A DNA stretch of 64,000 nt, taken from positions 3,824-67,823 of the forward strand of contig CAYSLU010000004.1 of assembly GCA_964431965.1 (NCBI GenBank), given 5' to 3'. Below, in pieces: positions 1 through 8,326 of the stretch; position 1 is the stretch's first letter; each line of letters starts with the position of its first letter. This stretch comes from an uncultured Verrucomicrobiota bacterium (GTDB lineage Bacteria; Verrucomicrobiota; Kiritimatiellia; CAIKKV01; CAYSLU01). Made by a program: the position numbers and the translations under genes. Below the pieces are notes generated by a model. That model was not told the DNA's origin, made no database searches, and saw nothing but the letters and a program-made list of their open reading frames with translations.

Positions 1-343
1 CCATAGACGCCGTATGGCTTGCCGGTGACGCGGCGCCAGTCCGTGACCGCTTGCCGCGCCACCACGCTCGGGCCCGAGCCGTGGATCAGGAGGTCGGCGC
101 GCTCGAAGGCTGACGCGAGTGTGTCGTTCATTGCGCCGTCTGCCCCCACCGTGCCGCCGACAATCTCGATGCGCGGAAATCGCCTCATCATCATGGCGCT
201 GACGTCGGGGCTGTCCGCGTGGGGCCAGAAGATGAGATGCGCGTCGGGAGCGTGGCGTTCGAGCAGGGCGAACAGGCCGGGCGAATGGCCGATGTCGCCG
301 ATGTTGACGTCCTGCCAGCCTGATTTGACGAGAATGGTCTTCT
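1..343 (-). CDS. Polysaccharide pyruvyl transferase family protein (N-terminal part; 3' end lies beyond window start)
   Basis: Reverse-strand translation from 343 gives MKKTILVKSGWQDVNIGDIGHSPGLFALLERHAPDAHLIFWPH..., the conserved N-terminal GxxNxGD signature of WcaK/CsaB-type pyruvyl transferases. Not in the ORF track because it runs off the window edge. 122 nt downstream of the sulfatase on the same strand. Confidence 0.5.
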
Positions 344-465
344 TCATGATTCGCTCGATCGCCTTACGGGCGCGGGTGTCCCGCCACGGGCCTGCGGGTC
401 CTGCCCGTTCGACCTCCGATTTTGGCCGCGTTGTCGTTCAAGGAGCCTGGCCACGGGCCGATCCC

Positions 466-1980
466 CTATGCTTCCAAGGATGTGAACACGTCCGGCGTGT
501 CGGTGCGCCCCAGTCCGCGCCGGCTCGCGGGGTCGTATGCCGGATTCAGAGCGGGAACCAATGCGCCGGTCGCGGCCAGATACTCGTCGATCAGCGCATC
601 GAGCTCGCGCACCTTCCCGGGGTGACGGCCGGCCAGGTTCGTCGCCTCGCCCTCGTCGTCGGCCAGGTTGTACAGCTCGTGGGTGTTCGGGAAGTGCTCG
701 TTGGTATCCCAGCGGCGGATGAGCTTCCAGTCGCCTCGACGCAGCGTCGTGCCCGCGACGTGATGCGCCGAGCCCGCGACGACTTTCCCGTCCTTGTCCT
801 TCACGCACGCGGCACCCTGCGGGTAGTGGCAGACGTACGTGTCGCGCGCACCCGGGCCGCCTGAGCCCTTGAGCAGAGGAGCGAAGCTCGTGCTGTCCGG
901 CGACTGCCGGGGCTGCTGATCCAGCCCGCCCATCGCCAGAATGGTCGCGTAGAGATCGGTGCTCGTGACGATCTCGCTCCGGACGGAGCCGGCCGTCACG
1001 ACGCCGGGCCACCGCACGATGAGGGGGACGCGGATCCCGCCTTCGTAAAGCGAGCCCTTCATGCCGCGCAGCGGCGCGGCGCTGCTCACGGGGACGCCCT
1101 TCACCTTGCCCTTGCTGGGCCCGTTGTCGGACATGAAGATCACGATCGTGCTGTCCTCAAGCCCCTTCGCCCGCAGGCCCTCGAGGACGACGCCAACCGA
1201 GTCGTCCATGCTCTGCACCATCGCGCCCATGGTGGGGCAGTTCTGGATGCCGTTCGGATCGGCCTTCCCTTCGTAGCGGGCGATGTACTCGGGCTTCGCC
1301 TGGAACGGGCTATGGACGGCGTAGGTCCAGAGCGCCATGAAGAAGGGCCTGCTGTCTCCGGCGGCGTCCATGGCGTCCACGGCCTCCCGCGCCAGCCGGT
1401 CGGTAAGGTACTCGCCGGCGGGGCCATCGGTCAGCCGGTCATTCCCGTACGGCGGGAAGTAGCTGCGCGGTCCGCCCCAGGACTGGCCGGCGATGTTCAC
1501 CTCGTAACCGTGGTTCTCCGGGAAATAGGGGAGCTGGCCCAGGTGCCACTTACCCACGTGGACGGTCCGGTACCCGCCGTCCCTCAGCGCCTTGGGCAGG
1601 GTGTACTCGGTCGTGGGCAGGAAGGTCTGCGGCAGCGGCAGAACCACCCGTTCCCACGGCTCGCCCGCGCCCGCGATCGACGCGACGCGCGGCGGCTCGT
1701 GGCAGTGGGGGCAGGTGATGTTCAGGCGGTCCGGGTTCTTGCCCGTGAGGATGCTGGCGCGGGTCGGAGAGCACAGCGGATTGGCGGAGTAGGCGTTGGT
1801 GAACCGCATGCCCTGGCGCGCCAGGCCGTCGATGCAGGGCGTCTCGAAGTAGCCGCTCCCGTAAACGCCGGTGTCCTTCCAGCCGAGATCATCGGCGAGA
1901 AAGAGCAGAATGTTGGGTCTCTTCAAGGACATGGACTGCCGCTTTCCTGTTCCGGACACGCTCACCTCCTGATCGCTCAC
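466..1980 (-). CDS. Formylglycine-dependent sulfatase (arylsulfatase family)
   Basis: 504 aa. N-terminal LLFLADDLGWKD metal-binding region and the C-S-P-T-R formylglycine motif (NPLCSPTRASILTG). Start overlaps the stop of the upstream GH2 gene (ATGA). Confidence 0.9.
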   Translation of the reverse strand: MSDQEVSVSGTGKRQSMSLKRPNILLFLADDLGWKDTGVYGSGYFETPCIDGLARQGMRFTNAYSANPLCSPTRASILTGKNPDRLNITCPHCHEPPRVASIAGAGEPWERVVLPLPQTFLPTTEYTLPKALRDGGYRTVHVGKWHLGQLPYFPENHGYEVNIAGQSWGGPRSYFPPYGNDRLTDGPAGEYLTDRLAREAVDAMDAAGDSRPFFMALWTYAVHSPFQAKPEYIARYEGKADPNGIQNCPTMGAMVQSMDDSVGVVLEGLRAKGLEDSTIVIFMSDNGPSKGKVKGVPVSSAAPLRGMKGSLYEGGIRVPLIVRWPGVVTAGSVRSEIVTSTDLYATILAMGGLDQQPRQSPDSTSFAPLLKGSGGPGARDTYVCHYPQGAACVKDKDGKVVAGSAHHVAGTTLRRGDWKLIRRWDTNEHFPNTHELYNLADDEGEATNLAGRHPGKVRELDALIDEYLAATGALVPALNPAYDPASRRGLGRTDTPDVFTSLEA

Positions 1981-3692
1981 GCCCGTCGCGCCGCCAGGGC
2001 CGCCGCCTTCGCGGCGAAATGGCGCGCGATGGTCTGCACGACCAGCTTCGGGCGCCGGTAGTCGTCGACGGCCCCCTTGTCGTTAATCGACCGGGGCCGC
2101 ACCATGGCCTTCTCCTCGTCGACGCGCACATCGCAGAACTGCCAGATGAAGGCGCCGGCCACGCGGGGATGGCTGAGGATGACACTGAGCTGCGAGGACA
2201 GGATATCGCACTGCCGCTCCTCGCTCCACTTCGCGCGGCGCACGGGGTCGTGATAGCCGGGGATCGCGCCCGCCCCGAATTCGCTGATGATGAGCGGCTT
2301 GCCCTTCATCCCCTCCTTCTCGCGCTTGCCGATGAGCTCGTCCAGCGTCTCCAGCACCGGGCGGTCGTGGTACCACTGGGGGTAGATGTTCCACCCGGCA
2401 ATGTCGATCATGCCCTGGCACAGGTCGCGCTCGTAGCGGCAGGAGGCGAACGTCAGGGGGCGCGAGGAGTCCAGCGCGCGCAGCTGCTGGAACTGCTCCC
2501 GGTAGAGGGCCGCGCCGTCCTCCGTCTCCGAGGCGCACTCGTTGAGGATACCCCAGACAAAGATGCAGGGATGGTTGAAGTGGTCGCGGACCATTTCCTC
2601 GTTGCACGCGGCGCACTGGTCACGGAAGCGGGGGTGCTTCATCCGCTCCAGGCTGAGCCCGCGGGCGTGGTTCTCCTCCCAGACGAGGAAGCCCTGCTCG
2701 TCGCACAGATCGAGAAAGCGCGGGTCGTTGGGATAGTGGCTCGTGCGGACGGCGTTGGCGTTCATCGCCCGCATGGCCGCCAGGTCAGCCCGCATCACAT
2801 GAAGCGGGATCGCGCACCCGTAGAGCGCGTGATCCTCGTGGCGGTTAAAACCCATCGGGAACACCGGAACCCCGTTGACCAGAATGCGCTCGCCGTCCAC
2901 CGAGACGGTCCGGAAGCCGATCCGCTCGACCAGGTCATCCACCGTGCGTCCGTCCTCAAGCAGGAGGGTTTCCAGGAGGTAGAGGGCTGGATGGCCCGGG
3001 CTCCACGCATCGACCCGGTCGCAGAGCATGTCCCAGGAGTGGCGGCTGGGGCCCGGCGGCGCCGTGATGGCGAGGTCGTGCCGGACTCCGGCCACGGTCG
3101 CACGCAGGAGGAAGCCGCGGGGGCGATCGGCGAAGTTGACGATTTCGGCCTGGCACTGCAGCCGCCAGCCCGCTCCCTCCGGCGCGCTCTGCGCATGGAC
3201 GCACCGGATCAGGACCTCGTCCGACAGCACGTGCATCTCCACGGGGCGGCTGATGCCTCCGTAGTTGTAGTAGTCATTGGGGAAGTGCAGCGCGGAGAGG
3301 TCGCCGTGCTCGTTCGAGATGTGCACGCACAGCTCGTGCCGGCCGGGCCCGACCGGGCCGGCATCCGCCACGAAGGCCGTGTATGCGTTGTGGTGCCCGC
3401 CGACCTCGCGGCCGTCCACGAACACGCGCGCCGTATGGCTGACGCCCTGGAACTCGAGCAGCAGGCGTCCGGCCGTGGAGACGTCGATCTCGCGCCGCGC
3501 CACGGCCTGCCCGCGATAGGTCTTCCGAGCGTCCAGCATCTCCCAGACGCACGGCACCTCCATCCGCTCGCTGTGCCCGTCGCGCCAGGCGGACGGATCG
3601 ATGGCTGTTCCCGCTTTCGGGAAGTAGTGGTCCCACGTGCCATCGAGGCTGACGGTGGCGCGAACGCGGTGACGGTCAAAGAGCCTGGACAC
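1977..3692 (-). CDS. Glycoside hydrolase family 2 (beta-glucuronidase/beta-galactosidase-like)
   Basis: 571 aa. GH2 sugar-binding N-terminal domain (LDGTWDHYF..., HNAYTAFVAD) and TIM-barrel region (NHPCIFVWGILNECASET...). Overlaps the upstream heparinase-like gene by 17 nt. Confidence 0.85.
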   Translation of the reverse strand: MSRLFDRHRVRATVSLDGTWDHYFPKAGTAIDPSAWRDGHSERMEVPCVWEMLDARKTYRGQAVARREIDVSTAGRLLLEFQGVSHTARVFVDGREVGGHHNAYTAFVADAGPVGPGRHELCVHISNEHGDLSALHFPNDYYNYGGISRPVEMHVLSDEVLIRCVHAQSAPEGAGWRLQCQAEIVNFADRPRGFLLRATVAGVRHDLAITAPPGPSRHSWDMLCDRVDAWSPGHPALYLLETLLLEDGRTVDDLVERIGFRTVSVDGERILVNGVPVFPMGFNRHEDHALYGCAIPLHVMRADLAAMRAMNANAVRTSHYPNDPRFLDLCDEQGFLVWEENHARGLSLERMKHPRFRDQCAACNEEMVRDHFNHPCIFVWGILNECASETEDGAALYREQFQQLRALDSSRPLTFASCRYERDLCQGMIDIAGWNIYPQWYHDRPVLETLDELIGKREKEGMKGKPLIISEFGAGAIPGYHDPVRRAKWSEERQCDILSSQLSVILSHPRVAGAFIWQFCDVRVDEEKAMVRPRSINDKGAVDDYRRPKLVVQTIARHFAAKAAALAARRA

Positions 3693-5640
3693 GGGTCTCT
3701 CCTTGTCGGCAGAAGGCCAGCTTGGCGTTGAAGCCCCATTCGTTCAGTTTCACCGGCCCCTCGACGTCCTGCTTGGCCAGCAGGTCGGCCGTCCCGTCGG
3801 GGCCGCTGACGCGGCAGGCAATCGTGCCGGCTTCATTCCTCAGGCACTCCAGGCCCAGGCTGAGTTCGCCGGGCACGTGCAGCGCGATGAACGCGGTCCG
3901 GCGCGCCCGCCGCCGCACGAGAACGACCGGGTTGTAGATCTCCGCCGGCGTGGCCGGGCAGACGCCCTTGAACACCGTCGTCCCCGGCTCCCCCAGCATC
4001 GTCAGCCGCATGGCCTTGCCCAGGATCTTCCACACGTCGGCCGCCCACTTGCAGTCCATCACGTCGAGGCCCCAGCTGTCGGCGGTCTCCAGCTTCTCGA
4101 CTTCACGGATGAAGTCATACGAGCTCGGCGCCATGGAGCCGGGTGCATAGGGAAGCCCCTCGGGCGAGGGAATCCGGCCGCCCTTGTTGCGGCACTCGAG
4201 CTGCCCGTGGACGAACGGCAAGTCCGTCTGGATGGTGCCGCCCGCGTGCATGACCCAGTCGAAGGTGTGCTCGGCCCCGTCGACGCTGGAGCACTCCATG
4301 ATGTCGAGGAGGTAGGTCGAAGTCAGGAAGAGCGTTCGCTTCAGGTGGCACCCGGGATAGGCGAAATCGGCGCTGACCGTGCAGGCGCTCACGTCATCCC
4401 GGAACAGATGGGCGTGGCACACGCCCGCTTCCTGGCGGTCGACTTCGGGTCGCCCCTTGCACCAGGTGAACCGCTGGTTCCGTTCGTCGAGCACGACCGT
4501 GCTGTGCGCCAGCGTGGTCATGTACCACATGCGGTGGATCGGGTGCGTGTAGCCGCCGCTGTGGCCGTGGTCGCGGACCACGTACCGGTCGTCGCGGCGG
4601 TACTCGATCCCGAGCTTGCCCGCGTGCCCGTGCCAGTGGCCGTGCGGGCCGAAGGTGACCGTCACGCCCGACCCCTTGCCATCCCAGTACGCGCCCGGTT
4701 CGCCGCTCTTCAGCGCGCAGAGGCCGATGGCCTCGAACAGCCGGCTCCGGCAGTCCGGCTGCTCCGCCCGGCCAATCTCGCGCCCCACCAGCACCGCCCA
4801 CAGGTCGTCGCGATCCATCCGGCCGAGGGCCCACCCGATCCACGGGGTCTCGTACATGGCGTAGGCCAGCTCGAGCCACCCCTTGTAGATGGTCGGCCGG
4901 CTATCGCCGGCGATCTCCCCGATGAGGGGCAGCACCCCGCCCGGCAGCGCCATGCCCGGAAGGGTGTCGAGCATCCGCTGGATCGCCTCGTCCCCGCCCA
5001 TGTCGAGGCCGTTGCGGCGGGTGATCCAGCGGAGCCTCAGGAACCGCTCGATCGAGCCGCCGTGGTAGGAGGCGTGCGACTGCTCGTGCCAGAAGCCGTC
5101 CGGGTAGATCGAGTTGGCCAGCTGGTACGGGTAGCCGCCATTGGGGTCGGAGGTCACGCGCTCGACGAAATCGCGCCGGCCGGTCAGGAGTCCGACGCAA
5201 AGGAGCGTGAGGTTGTAGGTGGTCTGGATGTTCCCGCCGTCCGGGGGCTTCTGCATGAACTTGTCGCCGACCGGGACCAGGATGCGCTCGTAGACGCGTC
5301 CGCGCAGCGCCGCGTCGAGCCCATCGAGGAAATCCAGCCCCAGGCAGAGCTCGAACGCCTGCTTGAACATGTACGGCGCGGGGTCGTCGGCGCCGCGCAG
5401 GAGCGCCTCCGCCGCCTCGCGATGCCAGCCGCCCGCCAGGCGGCTGCACACGGCCAGATCGAGGAACGTCTTGCCCGGCGACTCGTCCTTCGCGGACGGG
5501 GCCTCCCGCGACAGAAGATCGTCGCGGCGCGCGTCCAGCTTCCGGCGGATCCGATCGAGCCCGCGCTGCGCCCAGCGATGCGTCGCCACCCGCTCGCGCA
5601 TCGCCGCGATCTCGTGTTCGCCGAAGAACAAGCCGTCCAT
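3676..5640 (-). CDS. Heparinase II/III-like (alginate lyase/heparinase fold) protein
   Basis: The ORF track gives 3676..5769. The start was trimmed to the ATG at 5640 (MDGLFFGEHEIAAMRERV...), which is preceded by GAGGAG 6 nt upstream. HGHWHGHAGKLGIEY...DHGHSGGYTH...HSTVVLD histidine cluster is typical of the Hepar_II_III C-terminal domain, and the N-terminal part is alpha-helical. Confidence 0.75.
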   Translation of the reverse strand: MDGLFFGEHEIAAMRERVATHRWAQRGLDRIRRKLDARRDDLLSREAPSAKDESPGKTFLDLAVCSRLAGGWHREAAEALLRGADDPAPYMFKQAFELCLGLDFLDGLDAALRGRVYERILVPVGDKFMQKPPDGGNIQTTYNLTLLCVGLLTGRRDFVERVTSDPNGGYPYQLANSIYPDGFWHEQSHASYHGGSIERFLRLRWITRRNGLDMGGDEAIQRMLDTLPGMALPGGVLPLIGEIAGDSRPTIYKGWLELAYAMYETPWIGWALGRMDRDDLWAVLVGREIGRAEQPDCRSRLFEAIGLCALKSGEPGAYWDGKGSGVTVTFGPHGHWHGHAGKLGIEYRRDDRYVVRDHGHSGGYTHPIHRMWYMTTLAHSTVVLDERNQRFTWCKGRPEVDRQEAGVCHAHLFRDDVSACTVSADFAYPGCHLKRTLFLTSTYLLDIMECSSVDGAEHTFDWVMHAGGTIQTDLPFVHGQLECRNKGGRIPSPEGLPYAPGSMAPSSYDFIREVEKLETADSWGLDVMDCKWAADVWKILGKAMRLTMLGEPGTTVFKGVCPATPAEIYNPVVLVRRRARRTAFIALHVPGELSLGLECLRNEAGTIACRVSGPDGTADLLAKQDVEGPVKLNEWGFNAKLAFCRQGETRVQAL

Positions 5641-5687
5641 AGCCGATCTCCTCTCGTCGAGCCTTCGCCGTCCGCCCGCTCCGCCCG

Positions 5688-6704
5688 TCAATGCCCAGCG
5701 GGCGGCAGCCGCACCGTGGCCAGGTAGACGGCCGTATTCTTCTTGGTTCCCGAATAAAAGCTGACCCACAACAATCCGTCATGGAATACCAACCCAGGGT
5801 AGCCGGTGTCGTTCTCCGACGGAAGCGCCAGGAGGGGCGCGAGCCGGCCGCTGGCGGCGTCGAGCCACCAGAGCATCATCTCGCGCTTGGGCTCGTAACG
5901 GCGCCCCCCGGCAACAATTCGCCCATCGGGCAGTTGCACGAGTTGCGGTCCGCCGATGCGCACCCCGAGGTCTTGCCATTGCCATTCGCGATACGGCGGC
6001 TCGGCGCGGCCCAGCAGCGCCGGGGCGGGGTCGCCGCCGCGGATCAGACACAGCGCGCGGCTGTCGGGCAGGAACAGCAGCGAGGCCTCGCTGCCGCGGA
6101 GTTCGGAGTCGGTCCCGAGGAGCCGGTCGCTCCAGGTCTCGACGCGGACGCCGTCCGCGCTCCGGTACAGCCGTGGTATCCGGACGTCCGGCTCGCGGCC
6201 CACACCGTAGGCGAGCCCCTCGTGCCAGGTCACGCGCCAGATCCACCAGTTTGTCTCGCCGAGTTCAACGGGAGGCGTCCAGTCGCGACCATCTTGGGAA
6301 GACCAGACGAGCGTCTGATGCGGCTCTCGCCCGGGGTAGGCACGGCCGGCTTGCCGCCGATACAGCGAGGCGCCGGCAAGCGCCATGAGACGCCCGTCCG
6401 GCGCCAGGCAGAGTTTGGGATCGCGCACATCGCCCTCCGCCTTAAGCGTTGCGGCCGACTTCCAGTGGACGCCGTCCGCGGACGTGATGATCCGCCCTAT
6501 CCCCATACTGTTGCCGGCATGTTCGGGACCTTCGCGAAAAACGCAATACCACCGCCCCTGAAACCGGATCAGATCCGTGAAGGCATTATGCGGCGCCGCA
6601 TCCCAGATCTTGCGAACCGAGACCAGTTCCGCGCCCGGTTCGGTGCCGGCCGTTGCCATCGCGGCGCTCGCGACCAGTGCTCCTATCAGACACCACTTTT
6701 TCAT
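5688..6704 (-). CDS. Secreted BNR/Asp-box sialidase-like glycosidase
   Basis: 338 aa. N-terminal signal peptide MKKWCLIGALVASAAMATAG. Asp-box repeats (SADGVHWKS, SQDGRDWT, SADGVRVETWS). First gene of the minus-strand operon. Confidence 0.7.
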   Translation of the reverse strand: MKKWCLIGALVASAAMATAGTEPGAELVSVRKIWDAAPHNAFTDLIRFQGRWYCVFREGPEHAGNSMGIGRIITSADGVHWKSAATLKAEGDVRDPKLCLAPDGRLMALAGASLYRRQAGRAYPGREPHQTLVWSSQDGRDWTPPVELGETNWWIWRVTWHEGLAYGVGREPDVRIPRLYRSADGVRVETWSDRLLGTDSELRGSEASLLFLPDSRALCLIRGGDPAPALLGRAEPPYREWQWQDLGVRIGGPQLVQLPDGRIVAGGRRYEPKREMMLWWLDAASGRLAPLLALPSENDTGYPGLVFHDGLLWVSFYSGTKKNTAVYLATVRLPPAGH

Positions 6705-6728
6705 TTGATAGTCACACCCCTATCTTGT

Positions 6729-6743
6729 CGATAAGGCTTATCG
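6729..6743. promoter_or_regulatory. Perfect 7-1-7 palindrome CGATAAG-G-CTTATCG in the promoter region of the minus-strand sialidase-heparinase-GH2-sulfatase operon (candidate operator)
   Basis: Seen directly in the 123-bp intergenic region between 6704 and 6828. LacI-type and GntR-type regulators are encoded in the window. No binding data. Confidence 0.25.
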
Positions 6744-6827
6744 CGCTTGCCCAGCCGCCCGAGCGACTCCGGGACCAGCGCCAGATCCATCATGCACAGC
6801 AGCCTGGGCTTCGTGCTCATACGCACC

Positions 6828-8324
6828 TCAGTCCTTGTGGAAGTAGTCGAGCCCCCGCCCGCTCGCAGGCCGCCGACGTCGCGGCGCACGTGCTTCCCCG
6901 TCCTTGGTCGAGCCCGAGGCGCACCAGGCCGGCAGCAGGACGTTCTCGGAGTCCCGGACGTCAAAGAGCGGGCCGTCCGCGCACGCCGCGTGCGTCACCC
7001 CCCGCAGGTCCCAGTTGCGGGCGCGGTAGATCTGAAGGCCGGACTCCCCTTCCATGCTGACGTTCTCCAGGACGACATTGTCGAAGGTTCCCGCCGGATG
7101 AGCGATCGTGTTGAGGCACGTCTTCGCGCCGCTCGCCGTCAGGTTGCGGATCACGATGTTCCGGTAGCAGGGCACGCCCGCCGGGGCCGGAAGGTACGCC
7201 TCGGCCTCCGGCTTGCCTTCGAGGACGCCGAACGCGTCGCGGAGCCTGAACTGGACTGGGCTCGCCGTGTTCACGCACGTGATGTTCTCGGCCAGCACAT
7301 TCTCGATCGTTCCGCCGTTGCCAAGGTTGCTCTTGAAACGAATGCCCACCTGAGTGCCATCGGAGCGGCAGTCGCGAATGACGACATTCCGGATGCCGCC
7401 GGAGAACTCCGTGCCCAGCCCGACGAGCGCGTGGCCCGCGCCAGCGACACAGTCATGGATCCGCACATTCTCGGTGGGCCGGTTGACTCGCGCGCCGTCC
7501 TTGCCGCGGCCCGACTTCAGGCAGATGCAGTCGTCGTGGCAGGCGATGTCGCAGTGGTGGACCAGCACGTTCCGGCACGAATCGATGTCGATCCCGTCGG
7601 TGCTCGGCGCGTGGACGAGCGGATGGTCGTTCCGGATCATCACGTCGCGGATCTCGACATCCTCGCCGTACAGGACGTGGAGCGTCCACGTGGGCGAGTC
7701 CTTGATGTGGATGCCCTCGACGAGCACGTCGCGGCAGGCGCCGATCAGGATCGGCTTGGGCTCGCCCGGCCGGTCGAGGAGGTCGCGGGCCGCCGCCGAT
7801 CGAGGGTCATCCTGCACGGCCTTGCGAAGCGCGGGGTCCATCTTCTCCGGCATTCCGCACCTCGCCCAGAAGCCGTTCCACCAGGGGAATCCGGACCCGT
7901 CGAGCACTCCCTTGCCGGAGATGCGGACGCCGTGGATGCACGAGGCGTTGATGATCCCGGCCAGGCCGACGCCTTCCACCCCGCCGTGGCGCGAGCGAAT
8001 CAGAGGGTAAGACTGCCAGCGGGTGGTCGCCTTCAGAACCGCGCCTTCCTCGATGATCAGGGCGGTGTGCTCCTTGAGGAAGAGGCTCGCCGCGAGGAAG
8101 GTTCCCTTGCGCAGGACCACGCGCCCGCCCGAGGCGGCGGATGCCGCATCGACGGCCGCCTGGATGGCGGCGGTGTCGAGCGTGACCCCATCCGCCTTCG
8201 CGCCGAATGCACGCGGATCGTACACCGGCCACCGTTCCCACCCGGCGGCCGTGGTCGGCCCGTTGTGACGCAGCTCCGCCCGGCACATGTCCGCTACGAC
8301 GTTCGTCTCACCCGACCGGTCCAT
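6828..8324 (-). CDS. Glycoside hydrolase family 28 (polygalacturonase/rhamnogalacturonase-like, right-handed beta-helix)
   Basis: The track ORF is 6828..8816. The N-terminal 164 codons are Arg-rich and overlap the upstream gene, so the start was trimmed to the ATG at 8324, which abuts the stop of the DUF4838 gene at 8327. Motifs AFGAKADGVTLDTAAIQAA, NVLVHHCDIACHDDCICLKSG and RIHDC are GH28-like. Confidence 0.75.
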   Translation of the reverse strand: MDRSGETNVVADMCRAELRHNGPTTAAGWERWPVYDPRAFGAKADGVTLDTAAIQAAVDAASAASGGRVVLRKGTFLAASLFLKEHTALIIEEGAVLKATTRWQSYPLIRSRHGGVEGVGLAGIINASCIHGVRISGKGVLDGSGFPWWNGFWARCGMPEKMDPALRKAVQDDPRSAAARDLLDRPGEPKPILIGACRDVLVEGIHIKDSPTWTLHVLYGEDVEIRDVMIRNDHPLVHAPSTDGIDIDSCRNVLVHHCDIACHDDCICLKSGRGKDGARVNRPTENVRIHDCVAGAGHALVGLGTEFSGGIRNVVIRDCRSDGTQVGIRFKSNLGNGGTIENVLAENITCVNTASPVQFRLRDAFGVLEGKPEAEAYLPAPAGVPCYRNIVIRNLTASGAKTCLNTIAHPAGTFDNVVLENVSMEGESGLQIYRARNWDLRGVTHAACADGPLFDVRDSENVLLPAWCASGSTKDGEARAPRRRRPASGRGLDYFHKD

Positions 8325-8326
8325 GC

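Noticed and set aside
19-864. 281-aa plus-strand ORF at the window start
   Set aside because: Arg/Ala/Pro-rich composition. It lies antisense to the sulfatase and pyruvyl-transferase genes. It is a shadow ORF typical of about 70% GC DNA.
2019-3731. 570-aa plus-strand ORF antisense to the GH2 gene
   Set aside because: Shadow ORF. Composition is dominated by R, A, G, P and V. No RBS and no recognisable motifs, whereas the opposite strand encodes a clear GH2.
3703-5727. 674-aa plus-strand ORF antisense to the heparinase-like gene
   Set aside because: Shadow ORF with extreme Arg/Ala/Pro bias. The minus strand carries the Hepar_II_III histidine cluster.
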